From a virus (taxonomy: Duplodnaviria > Caudoviricetes): a stretch of 27,439 bases of DNA. The translations under genes were made by a program, and so were the position numbers. The stretch lies in IMG/VR virus record IMGVR_UViG_3300005837_000527, positions 1 to 27,439 of that record. The stretch is one strand, 5' to 3'. Positions 8,796-17,947 of the stretch are shown piece by piece (within the stretch, counting starts at the first letter, position 1; every line of letters begins with the position of its first letter). Below the pieces are notes generated by a model. It ran no database searches, was not told where the DNA came from, and saw only the letters and a list, made by a program, of their open reading frames with translations.

Positions 8796-9133
8796 GCTCG
8801 AGTTACCTCAGGATTCACAGTTGCTGTTCCCTGCATTATTCTTTTTACAACGCCGTCGGCATTAGTAAAAATTTCAACATCGTAGACATATTGACCTGCT
8901 GCCATAGCCGTTGAAGCAGAATTACTAAGTTCTACCTTCAACGCACCCCCAGTTGGGTTTGTCTTTGTGATAGTAAAAGAGGCAGCCACAGTCGTTGACT
9001 CGTGAGTCGAGCGCAGTTGCCCCCGACCGGAGTAATTGGTCAAATCCATGGCGGAACCGTTTTCCTTGAGTACTAAATCAAGAGCAAAGTCGGATCCTTG
9101 GTCAATGAATAAGTTATAAGTTGCTGCGCTCAT
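8792..9133 (-). CDS. Putative side-fibre collar/attachment protein (T5 p132 / BppU N-terminal-like beta sandwich, 113 aa)
   Basis: YNLFIDQGSDF..DLTNY..GQLR..YVYDVEI..G.V.RI.QG..V pattern. Sits immediately after the central fibre gene, like p132 after pb4 in T5. AGGAG RBS. Confidence 0.65.
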   Translation of the reverse strand: MSAATYNLFIDQGSDFALDLVLKENGSAMDLTNYSGRGQLRSTHESTTVAASFTITKTNPTGGALKVELSNSASTAMAAGQYVYDVEIFTNADGVVKRIMQGTATVNPEVTRA

Positions 9134-9153
9134 TAAAGTTCTCCTATGATGAA

Positions 9154-9195
9154 ATTATAACAAAGAGGACATTTTATGTCAAGTTTTATTTTTTT
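9154..9195 (-). promoter_or_regulatory. Perfect sigma70 consensus promoter with A-rich UP element, driving the fibre cassette
   Basis: Minus strand reads AAAAAAATAAAAC TTGACA (9182-9177), 17 nt, TATAAT (9159-9154), then AGGAG and the ATG at 9133. Confidence 0.9.
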
Positions 9196-9203
9196 GGTGG
9201 TGT

Positions 9204-12200
9204 TTAATTCAAATATCCAAGAATAACGCGAGGATTGCTACTGTTAGAATCATACACAAGAATACGGGGGCCGGTTCCTCCACTATTATTATCGGATCCG
9301 TCAAAAAATATTCTACTTGCTCCCGTCGCACTCGAAGAAATTTGAAGTTGCTCTGCTCCAATCGCATTTGCAAATATAATCTCTGAATTTACGATATCTT
9401 GAGAAACCCAACTAGAGCCACTCCATCTATACCCTGCTTGAACTCCGGAAGTATTTTGTACAATTGCTATAGACCCCGTTGCAGGCGAAGTCACCGAGAT
9501 ATAAGCGCTGGAAGTTGAAGAATTTCCAGAGAAAAAGTATAAAAATCCAGTCGATCCAGGAGAGCCATCAGCACCATCATTACCATCATTACCATCATTA
9601 CCATCATTACCATCAGCACCTGTTGCTCCTTGATTTGAGGGAGTAATAGTTATATCAAAATTAAGTTGATAGGTAGTGCCTCCCGTATCCTTAATATAGA
9701 GAGCAACTCTATAAACAGTTACAGTTGTAAGATTGTTGCCCCAGTTGTTGAATGTTGCAGTTGTTGTATTTGCGCCAGAAACACTGGGCTCGTTAAGAGT
9801 ATTTCCAGAAAGCCGATAAAGATTATATCTATATCGTCCATTGCTTGAAGGGTATTGTGTCGACTGACTATTTGAATCTAGTGTAAGAGCTGTAGAGCCG
9901 TCATATACTTGTAAGCTTCCTCCACTTCCTGTCCAAGTCTCTATACCTCCAGTTGTAACAGGAACAGTATGCGCTTGGTTGGTATAGAAAATACTTATTG
10001 CATCTGAACCGTCTGAGCCAGTAACTCCAGTAGCGCCGTTAGCGCCATCAGCTCCGGGCTGGATACCTCCTATTGTAATTTGATCTCGAGCTAATACACT
10101 TCCAGAAACACTTTCTCTAAGCTCAACTTCGATTTGATCAGGCATACTTCCTATAGTAGTTTGAGGGCTATAAGAATAAGTAGCTGTTGTGCTACTTGCT
10201 TGAACCTGAGCATTATTTTTAAAAAATCTATAATATGCAGTCCCAGATACATTATGAGAGGTAGCAGTTACAGTAGTGCTAGAAGGGCTCGGGCTTGAAC
10301 CATTTGAATTATATGTAAATACAATTGTTCCTGCAGTAAGATCCACGGATCTCGCATCTACACCTGCAGAGCCATCTGCTCCATCTGCTCCATCTACTCC
10401 ATTTTGTCCATCTGCTCCGTCCTTGCTCTTACCTACAGTTACTTTATCCGTAGCAAGAAGAACCCCCGCTGGGCTGCCTCCCGGGTTTCCATCATACATT
10501 TTAATTGTATAATTTATAGGTAATCCTGCATAAGTGGGAGTTATAGCAGAAGTGCTTGTATTATTTGCATAATTTGTATCATTACTGCCATCATTTAATA
10601 CATAATACGGAGTTATGCCGGTAGGAACAATTCCTGCCCAGCTCAGAGTATAATTACCAGGACTTGGACTTGCTTCACTACTATTGAATGTAATATGTGT
10701 TGCGCTTGAAGTTATACTAACCGCACTTGCATTTGTATTCTTTGTAATTACCTGCTTTGTTTCATAGGTTTCTAAAGTTCCATTGATAGTTACATTTATT
10801 GGGTAAGTAATTGTTACTTTTTGTATGCTATTACTCATTACACTATGATTTGCTACAGTAACAGGATCAGTCAAAGTAGTTGTAGGAACAGTTATACTTC
10901 CTACAGTAATTGAGGAGGTTGGAGTTAATTGAGGAGTGCCAATATTCCAGAACGTAGTTACTCCTGCAGTGCTTGCAGCAGAACTTGTGTAGTAAGGAAT
11001 GGAAGTACCAAAAGCTTGAACATTAATCTCAGTACCAGAATCCGTATAACTTATAACTTTACCATTTGAATCTGCTGCTAAAGATTGAGCAGGATTAGTA
11101 TTTGTTACTTGAACACCTGCAAAGCCTTTTTTACTTTTTGTAAATGTTTGAGTTCTATAAATAGTAGCTTCATTTTCGACATTAAGTGTATAAGTAACAG
11201 AAGCTACATCTGCTGTCCAACCTTCACTAAACTCATGATCGTCAATTGTTAGTAGTTTGGTAGTAGAATTCCACGCATAACTACCAGCAGCTTCTACAAT
11301 TACTGCTCCTGAAGGTACAATTCCAGAAGTTGGATGAATTGATAAACCCCATTCACCTTTTCCGGGAGTTCCAGTTACATAATCTAAAATTTCACTACCT
11401 TTTCCGACTTCAATTGTAAGTCCGGAACCCTCTCCTATAACATAGTTAGAAGTAGTTCCTGCTGTACCTTCTGGAATGCCATCAAAGGTTGTGGGAATGC
11501 TGTGTGCTTCATTTGAGAAAGATATCCAATATCCATCTTCTGCAGCTCGAATACCTTGTACTGTAACAATATCAAAAGCAAGAACTGTATTTGATCCACT
11601 TTCTCTAACTTGTACTTTTACAGAATAACTTCCAGGACGCTCACTTCCTGAGTCATCCCAAGAATCTGCATTGCTAGGAACACTTACAGTTGCGGTTGCT
11701 CCGGATTGCCACGCCCCAAAACCTGTTTTAGTAAAGTCTGCAGTAGTTACATTTCCCGGCTCAAAAGTAAAATAGTATTCGGGAGAGCTAATAGATGTAC
11801 TGGGTGTTGCAGTAAAATCGAGTGTATTATTTGTGGAGGATCCATTGTAAACTGGAGATGCCCCTAAATCATTATAGATAACTGTGTAATCTTCTGCTTC
11901 AAGAATAACGGTATGTCCCGCAACACCGTCTGCACCTGTAGAACTTTTTGCTACAAATCCTTTTCCTTCGAATATATCCCCGGTATCAAACTCTTCGATG
12001 ACTTCGACAGTTATATCTTCAACAATTCCATTATTAAATGCAACATCTGTTCCATCATGTATATCAAATGTATATGTAGCTCCTCCAGAAGAGTCCGGGG
12101 GCTGATAGGCAGTATCTAAAGTTCCTGAGAGTCCAGAAGATTTTGCAGAAAACTTAAACTTAGGCGCTACAAAACCAATTGCGGTTGCAGTTGCAGTTAT

Positions 12201-15200
12201 TGAGGAATAAGAAGTCTGAAGAGTGCCCGAGCCATCATAACGCAGGCTCGAAATACTTGGTGTAACAAGTACCGACTTTCCAAGATTTAAATTTGGATCT
12301 ATTACAAGGAAGGAGTCGATTGAATATGTAAAGTTAGGTGAGGCACCCCCTTTTGCAACTTCTGCAACGATAGCATGCTGCTCATAGTCAGGGCGGAAGT
12401 CGCTTCTATATGCAGTTGTAGACACTGCATGATCAAATGCTCTATCTAATCTAATTTCTGTATCACTAATAACTGCGGTTACAATTGCAGCATCCGCATG
12501 AATTTGTCGAAAAGTTCCTTCATCGGTATAGCTAAGATTTTGTCCATTAACAAGATTGCTAAGAGTTCCTGTAGCGGAGTCATAATCTTCGTAAAGTCGT
12601 AAACTATAGGCATCTATAGCATCTACATAAAAATACCTACTATCTAGTGCTTGAGCTCCCCCGGCAAAAGTGGTATTTACAACTATTCTATCTCCATCGG
12701 TCAGACCATGGGGGTTTACAACACCCGACCCGCTTGGGTCATTTTCCATATTAATAGTAACCTCGTAATTTGGAGAACTTCCAATGGTTATACCAAAAAT
12801 ATCATGTGCAGGAAATATTTCTTCACCAAAAGATACCACATCTCTAGGCAGCACAGAAGTGCTAAAACCGCTTCCTGTAACTGTATTTGAGTTTTTAGGA
12901 ATTGTTACGGAGCCTAGAGAAGTCCACTCACTTGCTTGACTAGAAAGATGGCTTGAACCAGCATTAATTTCTCTCCAGAAAGGAAGATTTTTTAAAGAAT
13001 ACTCATCCCAATATACTAGTTTTATTGAGGTCCCTACATATACATAATAGGGGGTTCCAGTAGCTAAGCTTGTAAGAGAATAGTTATTTGTTATGCTGCG
13101 AGTATTTAAAGGATCTCCCAGAGAGGCAAAAGCACAAGGATTTACTTGGAAAGCAACTTGATTATTTGAATTTATACTTATTTGAGCATTTGACTTACCA
13201 CCTTTTACAATGCCTCCCTGCATACGAGCAACATTTGCACCGTAAGGATCCTCTACATCATAGTGAGTACTTATAAAGTCAGAGCTGTTTCCACCTTTTG
13301 AAAGTGTACGAACCCGGAAAGTATAAAAGCCATTTGGAACATTATCGAATCGAATCGAGGTTTGTTCCGTAAACATTGGACTTGGGAAGTTAGGAATATT
13401 ATGAACAAATTCATAGCCTGCGAAAAACTCATAGTCTCTTTCTTGAGTATTATCGCTAGTATCTGTGTACTCTTCTTGGGGCTTTTCCCACTCAATACGT
13501 AACTCTTCTCCAGGCTGTTTTGCATCAGTCTCAAGAACAATAAATATATTTGACGGTGCTGGAACATCTCCTTCGGGGTCTTCTACGCCTTCGTAAATTC
13601 CTCCATCTACAACACCAAGAGCATAGTCTTTATCCACTGCGTCATATTTTTCAATATAATATTCTACTGCACTAATTGAAAAAGTATTTTTTTCGTCATT
13701 TTGAGAAACGGCAAGTACTTTATATTCTTTTGTAGAGCCGAGTACTTCTTGTCCGCTAGAAACTCTAGTAAGGGCCCAGACACTTCCTGCAGCAGGATTA
13801 GTTCCAAAATTAGCTGTAGTGGTTAAAGTTGTTATATTGCTTCCAGCTGAAGTACTTACAGTATTTTCTTGAACATAAGTGTAAGGCTTCCATACTGTAG
13901 GGATGGGAGTAGTGCTGACAGCAGTTTGAGTAACATTAGAAGCGTCTTCTTCGGTTGAAATAGTTGTTAAAGCACCGTCTACATATACTTGCCCTGTAAT
14001 TCTGTCACCTTTATTATAGGAAACAGAATTTATACTAATAGTATCAAGACCTGCATAAAAAGCTGCATGGCTTTCCACTAAAGTATGAAGAGTATAAGTC
14101 CCTGTAAGAAGTTCTATCGGCCGATCTAAAGTAATAGTATTAGAGGTAGGTGCGGTAGAACTACTTATTCTTCCGCTTAAATCTACTCCATATCTATCTT
14201 TATCTTGTACATTAACTACGTCTCCGGGACGAATATATGCTCCGTGCAAGCCTGCTTGAAATGAAACTAATTCTTTTTGATTTTGTGCTGTCCAGAGCTT
14301 CCATCGTCCATATCGAATAGCTTGGCCTTCCGAAGTTGCTCCCATAGCAACTGCACCTTCACTAATTAATTTACCACTAGAAGCAATGGCTTCTCTATCT
14401 TCTACGACTAAGGAAACAGGCTCGTAGTTAGCAGTGGGATCGTTCCATGTAACAATTACTTGATTTGTACGATTTTTTCTCGAAGTTCCTTCATAATTAA
14501 AAATACCATTTACAACATTTGACTTTGAAAAAGTGTAGACAGGTTCTGATGGCAAATCTTGAACTACATTTAATTTACCGTCCATCCAATAAAGCATGCC
14601 AGTAAACATACTAGCCATATCTTTAAGAACCTTAAATATTTCTGTGGATTTTGACAGATATAGATTTGCGCGGAAGCGGGGCTCTGTACCCCCATTTCCA
14701 TCATCTACAAGCTCGTCACAGTACTTTGCAATTCTATATAAAGCATATTCATTTATATCATTTGGGTGAATCCATTTACCCGCTCCATACCTTTGATTTG
14801 TTACAATATCGTAAAAAATCCAAGCGGGATTATCTGTGTAAAAAAGACCCTTAAATCCCCCATTCCAGAATCCGGTATATTTTGCAACTCCATCACTAGA
14901 ATACTCACGAGGAGTATAATTATTAGGAATTTGTACTTTCATTCCTTCAAGCAGATAACTTCTCTGAGGCAAGTTACTAAACTCTTTAGAAGAAAAGGTA
15001 ATAGCTGCGGAAGCAGTGTAAGGATAGCTCAGTTTATCCTTAATAGTAGCAGAAAGAGATGCACCATTAATTCCTGAACTTGCTTGCATTTGCCATTTAT
15101 CAAGATTCGTTCGACCACCTGCAGTTCCATCTGCCCACACTGGCATACCTGAAGGTCTTGTTAATCGAACTATTCTAATACTAAAATCATCAAAAGGTTT

Positions 15201-16550
15201 GAATCTATTTAAACCAATTGTATGGTCAAAAGAAGTAGGAGCAGTTGTTTTTCCAGCGTGAATTACTGTTCCACCATGCTGGCTAAATAAAGTTTTCCAG
15301 TCACTGTCTGTTTCGTCCAATGTTGTTTGAATTTGAAACACGTAATGAGCATGTGCAGATTCTTTGTCCCCGTTCTCAGTATTCATTGTATAAAGAGAAC
15401 TATATTGAATACGAATATTTATTTCATCAACTTGAGAGATTTGAGAATTTGTTAAGCCAAATCCAAGACCTGAGCCGCCACTATTTGCAGGAATTACTAT
15501 AGCATTGCCTGAATTATCTGCAAATGATTGTCCAGGAGGATATCCATAAGTATCGTATCTACCTCTACCACTATTCCAACTACCATAAGAAAAACCTGCT
15601 GCAGTTATTTCGGAAGGAAGGGTGCTAGGTTGCTTAATTGGAGTATTTCCCCCGGTCCCAGTAACGGAGCTTCCTCCAGCTACACCATTTACATCAGAAA
15701 AAGGAAGCTGATTATGTGTGCCTCGATTAAACTGGTAAGTAGAGGCTTCTACTTTTTTAATGTTACCTGCACCAGCAGCTCCTGGGCCTATTAAGGAAGG
15801 CTCTACAGGGCGGGCATCTTGAACCCAAAAATTATAGTTTCCAGTAGTTTGAGGCCAAGTAGTAGCATAGCTTGCTCCCGAAGTACTATCGAGAGTCATA
15901 CTGTTTGTAGCTGTGTTTACTGACGCGATTTTAAATGCAGCATATACTCTTAGAGTGTGGTCGACACTCTCATTTATACTTACTGCAGTAGGAGGGTGAT
16001 TAGATCGAAAAATATGATCGTGCGAAGTAGTATTTACAGTTACTTCCCCTTCAAGATTTAAAGTATCTTCTGAAAGTAACGAACCTTTTGTAAGTTTAGC
16101 AAATATTAAATTATTACTGAAAGTTGTAGGAATAGTTGAGGAGGTTCCATCATTTAAAGTAACCATAGAAAAGCCATTGTAGGCTTGTCCGGCAGTAATT
16201 TCTCCATTTCCAAAAGTTTGATTGGTTATTTCAACAACTACATACTTACCGACATCGTTAGCTCTAAAAGTATATCCATCTGCAGCTGCTGTAGTCCCCC
16301 CATTAGTGATACCTAATGTAGGAAATGTATATGTTCCTACAGCCTCTCTAGAAATTCCTACATTTTTTGAATCCTCAAAAGGAACATTGTCTAAAAATAT
16401 AGAACGCTTTCCATCTACAAGGCCTCGAATAGGGCCTTCGCAGATCATGTCTACAATTCCTACATATTGCTCAGTATCTCCAGTTTGTATACCTCTAGAG
16501 TTAAGATTTGTCGAATTATTTAAAAAGTTGTAAGGAATATTAATGGGCAT
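9204..16550 (-). CDS. Central tail fibre / tip attachment protein, lambda gpJ-like (~2448 aa; start corrected from 16628)
   Basis: gpJ-type motifs CEGPIRGLV, YTDNPAWIFYDIVTNQRYG and LYRIAKYCDELVDDGNGGTEPRF. FN3-like segment at about 13270-13560. Follows M-L-K-I. The ATG at 16550 has GGAG upstream, whereas the track start at 16628 lies deep inside gpI. Confidence 0.9.
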   Translation of the reverse strand: MPINIPYNFLNNSTNLNSRGIQTGDTEQYVGIVDMICEGPIRGLVDGKRSIFLDNVPFEDSKNVGISREAVGTYTFPTLGITNGGTTAAADGYTFRANDVGKYVVVEITNQTFGNGEITAGQAYNGFSMVTLNDGTSSTIPTTFSNNLIFAKLTKGSLLSEDTLNLEGEVTVNTTSHDHIFRSNHPPTAVSINESVDHTLRVYAAFKIASVNTATNSMTLDSTSGASYATTWPQTTGNYNFWVQDARPVEPSLIGPGAAGAGNIKKVEASTYQFNRGTHNQLPFSDVNGVAGGSSVTGTGGNTPIKQPSTLPSEITAAGFSYGSWNSGRGRYDTYGYPPGQSFADNSGNAIVIPANSGGSGLGFGLTNSQISQVDEINIRIQYSSLYTMNTENGDKESAHAHYVFQIQTTLDETDSDWKTLFSQHGGTVIHAGKTTAPTSFDHTIGLNRFKPFDDFSIRIVRLTRPSGMPVWADGTAGGRTNLDKWQMQASSGINGASLSATIKDKLSYPYTASAAITFSSKEFSNLPQRSYLLEGMKVQIPNNYTPREYSSDGVAKYTGFWNGGFKGLFYTDNPAWIFYDIVTNQRYGAGKWIHPNDINEYALYRIAKYCDELVDDGNGGTEPRFRANLYLSKSTEIFKVLKDMASMFTGMLYWMDGKLNVVQDLPSEPVYTFSKSNVVNGIFNYEGTSRKNRTNQVIVTWNDPTANYEPVSLVVEDREAIASSGKLISEGAVAMGATSEGQAIRYGRWKLWTAQNQKELVSFQAGLHGAYIRPGDVVNVQDKDRYGVDLSGRISSSTAPTSNTITLDRPIELLTGTYTLHTLVESHAAFYAGLDTISINSVSYNKGDRITGQVYVDGALTTISTEEDASNVTQTAVSTTPIPTVWKPYTYVQENTVSTSAGSNITTLTTTANFGTNPAAGSVWALTRVSSGQEVLGSTKEYKVLAVSQNDEKNTFSISAVEYYIEKYDAVDKDYALGVVDGGIYEGVEDPEGDVPAPSNIFIVLETDAKQPGEELRIEWEKPQEEYTDTSDNTQERDYEFFAGYEFVHNIPNFPSPMFTEQTSIRFDNVPNGFYTFRVRTLSKGGNSSDFISTHYDVEDPYGANVARMQGGIVKGGKSNAQISINSNNQVAFQVNPCAFASLGDPLNTRSITNNYSLTSLATGTPYYVYVGTSIKLVYWDEYSLKNLPFWREINAGSSHLSSQASEWTSLGSVTIPKNSNTVTGSGFSTSVLPRDVVSFGEEIFPAHDIFGITIGSSPNYEVTINMENDPSGSGVVNPHGLTDGDRIVVNTTFAGGAQALDSRYFYVDAIDAYSLRLYEDYDSATGTLSNLVNGQNLSYTDEGTFRQIHADAAIVTAVISDTEIRLDRAFDHAVSTTAYRSDFRPDYEQHAIVAEVAKGGASPNFTYSIDSFLVIDPNLNLGKSVLVTPSISSLRYDGSGTLQTSYSSITATATAIGFVAPKFKFSAKSSGLSGTLDTAYQPPDSSGGATYTFDIHDGTDVAFNNGIVEDITVEVIEEFDTGDIFEGKGFVAKSSTGADGVAGHTVILEAEDYTVIYNDLGASPVYNGSSTNNTLDFTATPSTSISSPEYYFTFEPGNVTTADFTKTGFGAWQSGATATVSVPSNADSWDDSGSERPGSYSVKVQVRESGSNTVLAFDIVTVQGIRAAEDGYWISFSNEAHSIPTTFDGIPEGTAGTTSNYVIGEGSGLTIEVGKGSEILDYVTGTPGKGEWGLSIHPTSGIVPSGAVIVEAAGSYAWNSTTKLLTIDDHEFSEGWTADVASVTYTLNVENEATIYRTQTFTKSKKGFAGVQVTNTNPAQSLAADSNGKVISYTDSGTEINVQAFGTSIPYYTSSAASTAGVTTFWNIGTPQLTPTSSITVGSITVPTTTLTDPVTVANHSVMSNSIQKVTITYPINVTINGTLETYETKQVITKNTNASAVSITSSATHITFNSSEASPSPGNYTLSWAGIVPTGITPYYVLNDGSNDTNYANNTSTSAITPTYAGLPINYTIKMYDGNPGGSPAGVLLATDKVTVGKSKDGADGQNGVDGADGADGSAGVDARSVDLTAGTIVFTYNSNGSSPSPSSTTVTATSHNVSGTAYYRFFKNNAQVQASSTTATYSYSPQTTIGSMPDQIEVELRESVSGSVLARDQITIGGIQPGADGANGATGVTGSDGSDAISIFYTNQAHTVPVTTGGIETWTGSGGSLQVYDGSTALTLDSNSQSTQYPSSNGRYRYNLYRLSGNTLNEPSVSGANTTTATFNNWGNNLTTVTVYRVALYIKDTGGTTYQLNFDITITPSNQGATGADGNDGNDGNDGNDGADGSPGSTGFLYFFSGNSSTSSAYISVTSPATGSIAIVQNTSGVQAGYRWSGSSWVSQDIVNSEIIFANAIGAEQLQISSSATGASRIFFDGSDNNSGGTGPRILVYDSNSSNPRVILGYLN
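9565..9618. repeat. 9-bp tandem repeat encoding collagen-like (DGN/DGA)n in gpJ
   Basis: CCATCAGCA, then 4 perfect CCATCATTA (9574-9609), then CCATCAGCA. Confidence 0.9.
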
Positions 16551-17271
16551 ACTTTGGTATCTCCATCTTGCCGTCGTTGCCACCGCCACCACCAGAGCCA
16601 CCACCACTTGTGGGATCTGTAGGTCCAATATAGTTTGTGCCGCCCTCTACCATATCAATGAATGTCTGATTAGCATTCTTAACTTCAAAGGAAATAGGAC
16701 GTCCAGGAACTCTTAGTTTGCCATACAGAACAGGAACAGGATCCCCTTCTAATATTGTTTGTCCTGACCCTTGAAAAAGGTAGCTTTCATCTTGTTGATT
16801 ATCTACGGAAGGATCTGGAGCCATTAACTGTTGTATACCTGCCATACCTAAACTCACACCCATTGCTAAAAGAGTTGTTCCTATAAGAGTTCCCCAAGTC
16901 ATGGTTCCTCCTGCAAAAACTAAAGAATTTGCGAAAGGAAGCATACCAGGGACAATAAAGGCAGCAGTAATCAATACTGCCGCAGCAAGTAATTTACCTA
17001 TACCACTTTTAGATCCAGCAGGAACAGCAGTAATTATCATATCCCCCTCTTCGTATTCTAAAAGTATTTCTCGTTCATGTTCAATTGGCTTATCAGCAAC
17101 TTGACAAGTAAAATTAATACCTTTTTCGGCACAATCAATAAGATAATTTCGAAACTCTGAAAAATTAAGTTCTAAACATTGAATTACTTTGCCAAAAGAG
17201 TTTGCTTCTATTTCAAACTCTTTGCCAAACTTTTCTCCAATTTCGCCTTCTAAATATACTTTACGCAACAT
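16540..17271 (-). CDS. Tail assembly protein, lambda gpI-like
   Basis: N-terminal RKVYLEGEIGEKFGK ubiquitin-like region ending VPAGS, a hydrophobic Gly/Ala middle and C-terminal SYLF..EGDPVPVLYG. Lies between K and J. Confidence 0.88.
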   Translation of the reverse strand: MLRKVYLEGEIGEKFGKEFEIEANSFGKVIQCLELNFSEFRNYLIDCAEKGINFTCQVADKPIEHEREILLEYEEGDMIITAVPAGSKSGIGKLLAAAVLITAAFIVPGMLPFANSLVFAGGTMTWGTLIGTTLLAMGVSLGMAGIQQLMAPDPSVDNQQDESYLFQGSGQTILEGDPVPVLYGKLRVPGRPISFEVKNANQTFIDMVEGGTNYIGPTDPTSGGGSGGGGGNDGKMEIPKYAH

Positions 17272-17947
17272 GACGATAAATTCCTACTATATGCTGTGCC
17301 CAAAATGGGTATAAATGCTCTCTACACGAGAGTCTGTTCTCTGCGTGATGAAAGAAAATATCATTTCCCAGGTACACTCCACAATGATCTGCAACATTTT
17401 CTCTTACTTGAAAGATCAATACGTCATTCTTCTGAGGAGTATCTACTTTTACATGGTTCCAGTTTTTAATATTTTCTTCTGTAAAATAATCTAAACTATT
17501 GTTCCACCAATTGTCCTCAAATGGTATTCTTGGTGGTATTTTTATATTTTGTTCTGCTAGATAATCTCTCATAGCTTCAAAGCAATCTGTAACACCAAAT
17601 TCGTACTCTCTTCCAATAAGAGGATGCGCTTTTGTTTTTGGCTCTAATATATTTAGTTCCATATCAGGATAGCTAAATATATAGTAAGGTATTCCTAATG
17701 CGTTACAGCAATTTATATCATACTCAGAAGCTTTATTTGTAGTATCTGGATGACTATGTACAATTGCAAAAATATCACACTTACTTTTTATCTCTAAATA
17801 CTCTGAAGAGGATAGTATAAAATCTTCTTCATCTTTTGCAATATTTTCACAAGGAAACCATCTTTTTTTACCTTTTATAATTCCTATTATACCACAACCT
17901 TCTCGAGGATATTCTTTTTCGAAGTGTTTTCTTATCTCATCAATCAC
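17261..17947 (-). CDS. Tail tip assembly protein, lambda gpK-like (JAB/MPN + NlpC/P60)
   Basis: YPREGCG and HSHPD-x5-SEYD JAB motif. GREYEFGVTDC..HCGVYLG..HH NlpC/P60 motif. GTG start overlapping the gpL stop. Confidence 0.92.
   Translation of the reverse strand: MIDEIRKHFEKEYPREGCGIIGIIKGKKRWFPCENIAKDEEDFILSSSEYLEIKSKCDIFAIVHSHPDTTNKASEYDINCCNALGIPYYIFSYPDMELNILEPKTKAHPLIGREYEFGVTDCFEAMRDYLAEQNIKIPPRIPFEDNWWNNSLDYFTEENIKNWNHVKVDTPQKNDVLIFQVRENVADHCGVYLGNDIFFHHAENRLSCREHLYPFWAQHIVGIYRHVA

Noticed and set aside
423-9133. Invertase-type tail fibre switching (shufflon)
   Set aside because: All fibre genes are co-oriented with their own starts. No recombinase gene or inverted crossover sites were noticed.
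9121-9150. Possible antisense promoter TTGCTG-18-TATGAT on the plus strand
   Set aside because: Weak -35 match and explainable by overlap with the start codon/RBS region. No plus-strand gene downstream.
16551-16628. Track start of gpJ at 16628
   Set aside because: Non-ATG start overlapping gpI by about 90 nt. The ATG at 16550 has a GGAG RBS and only a short overlap.
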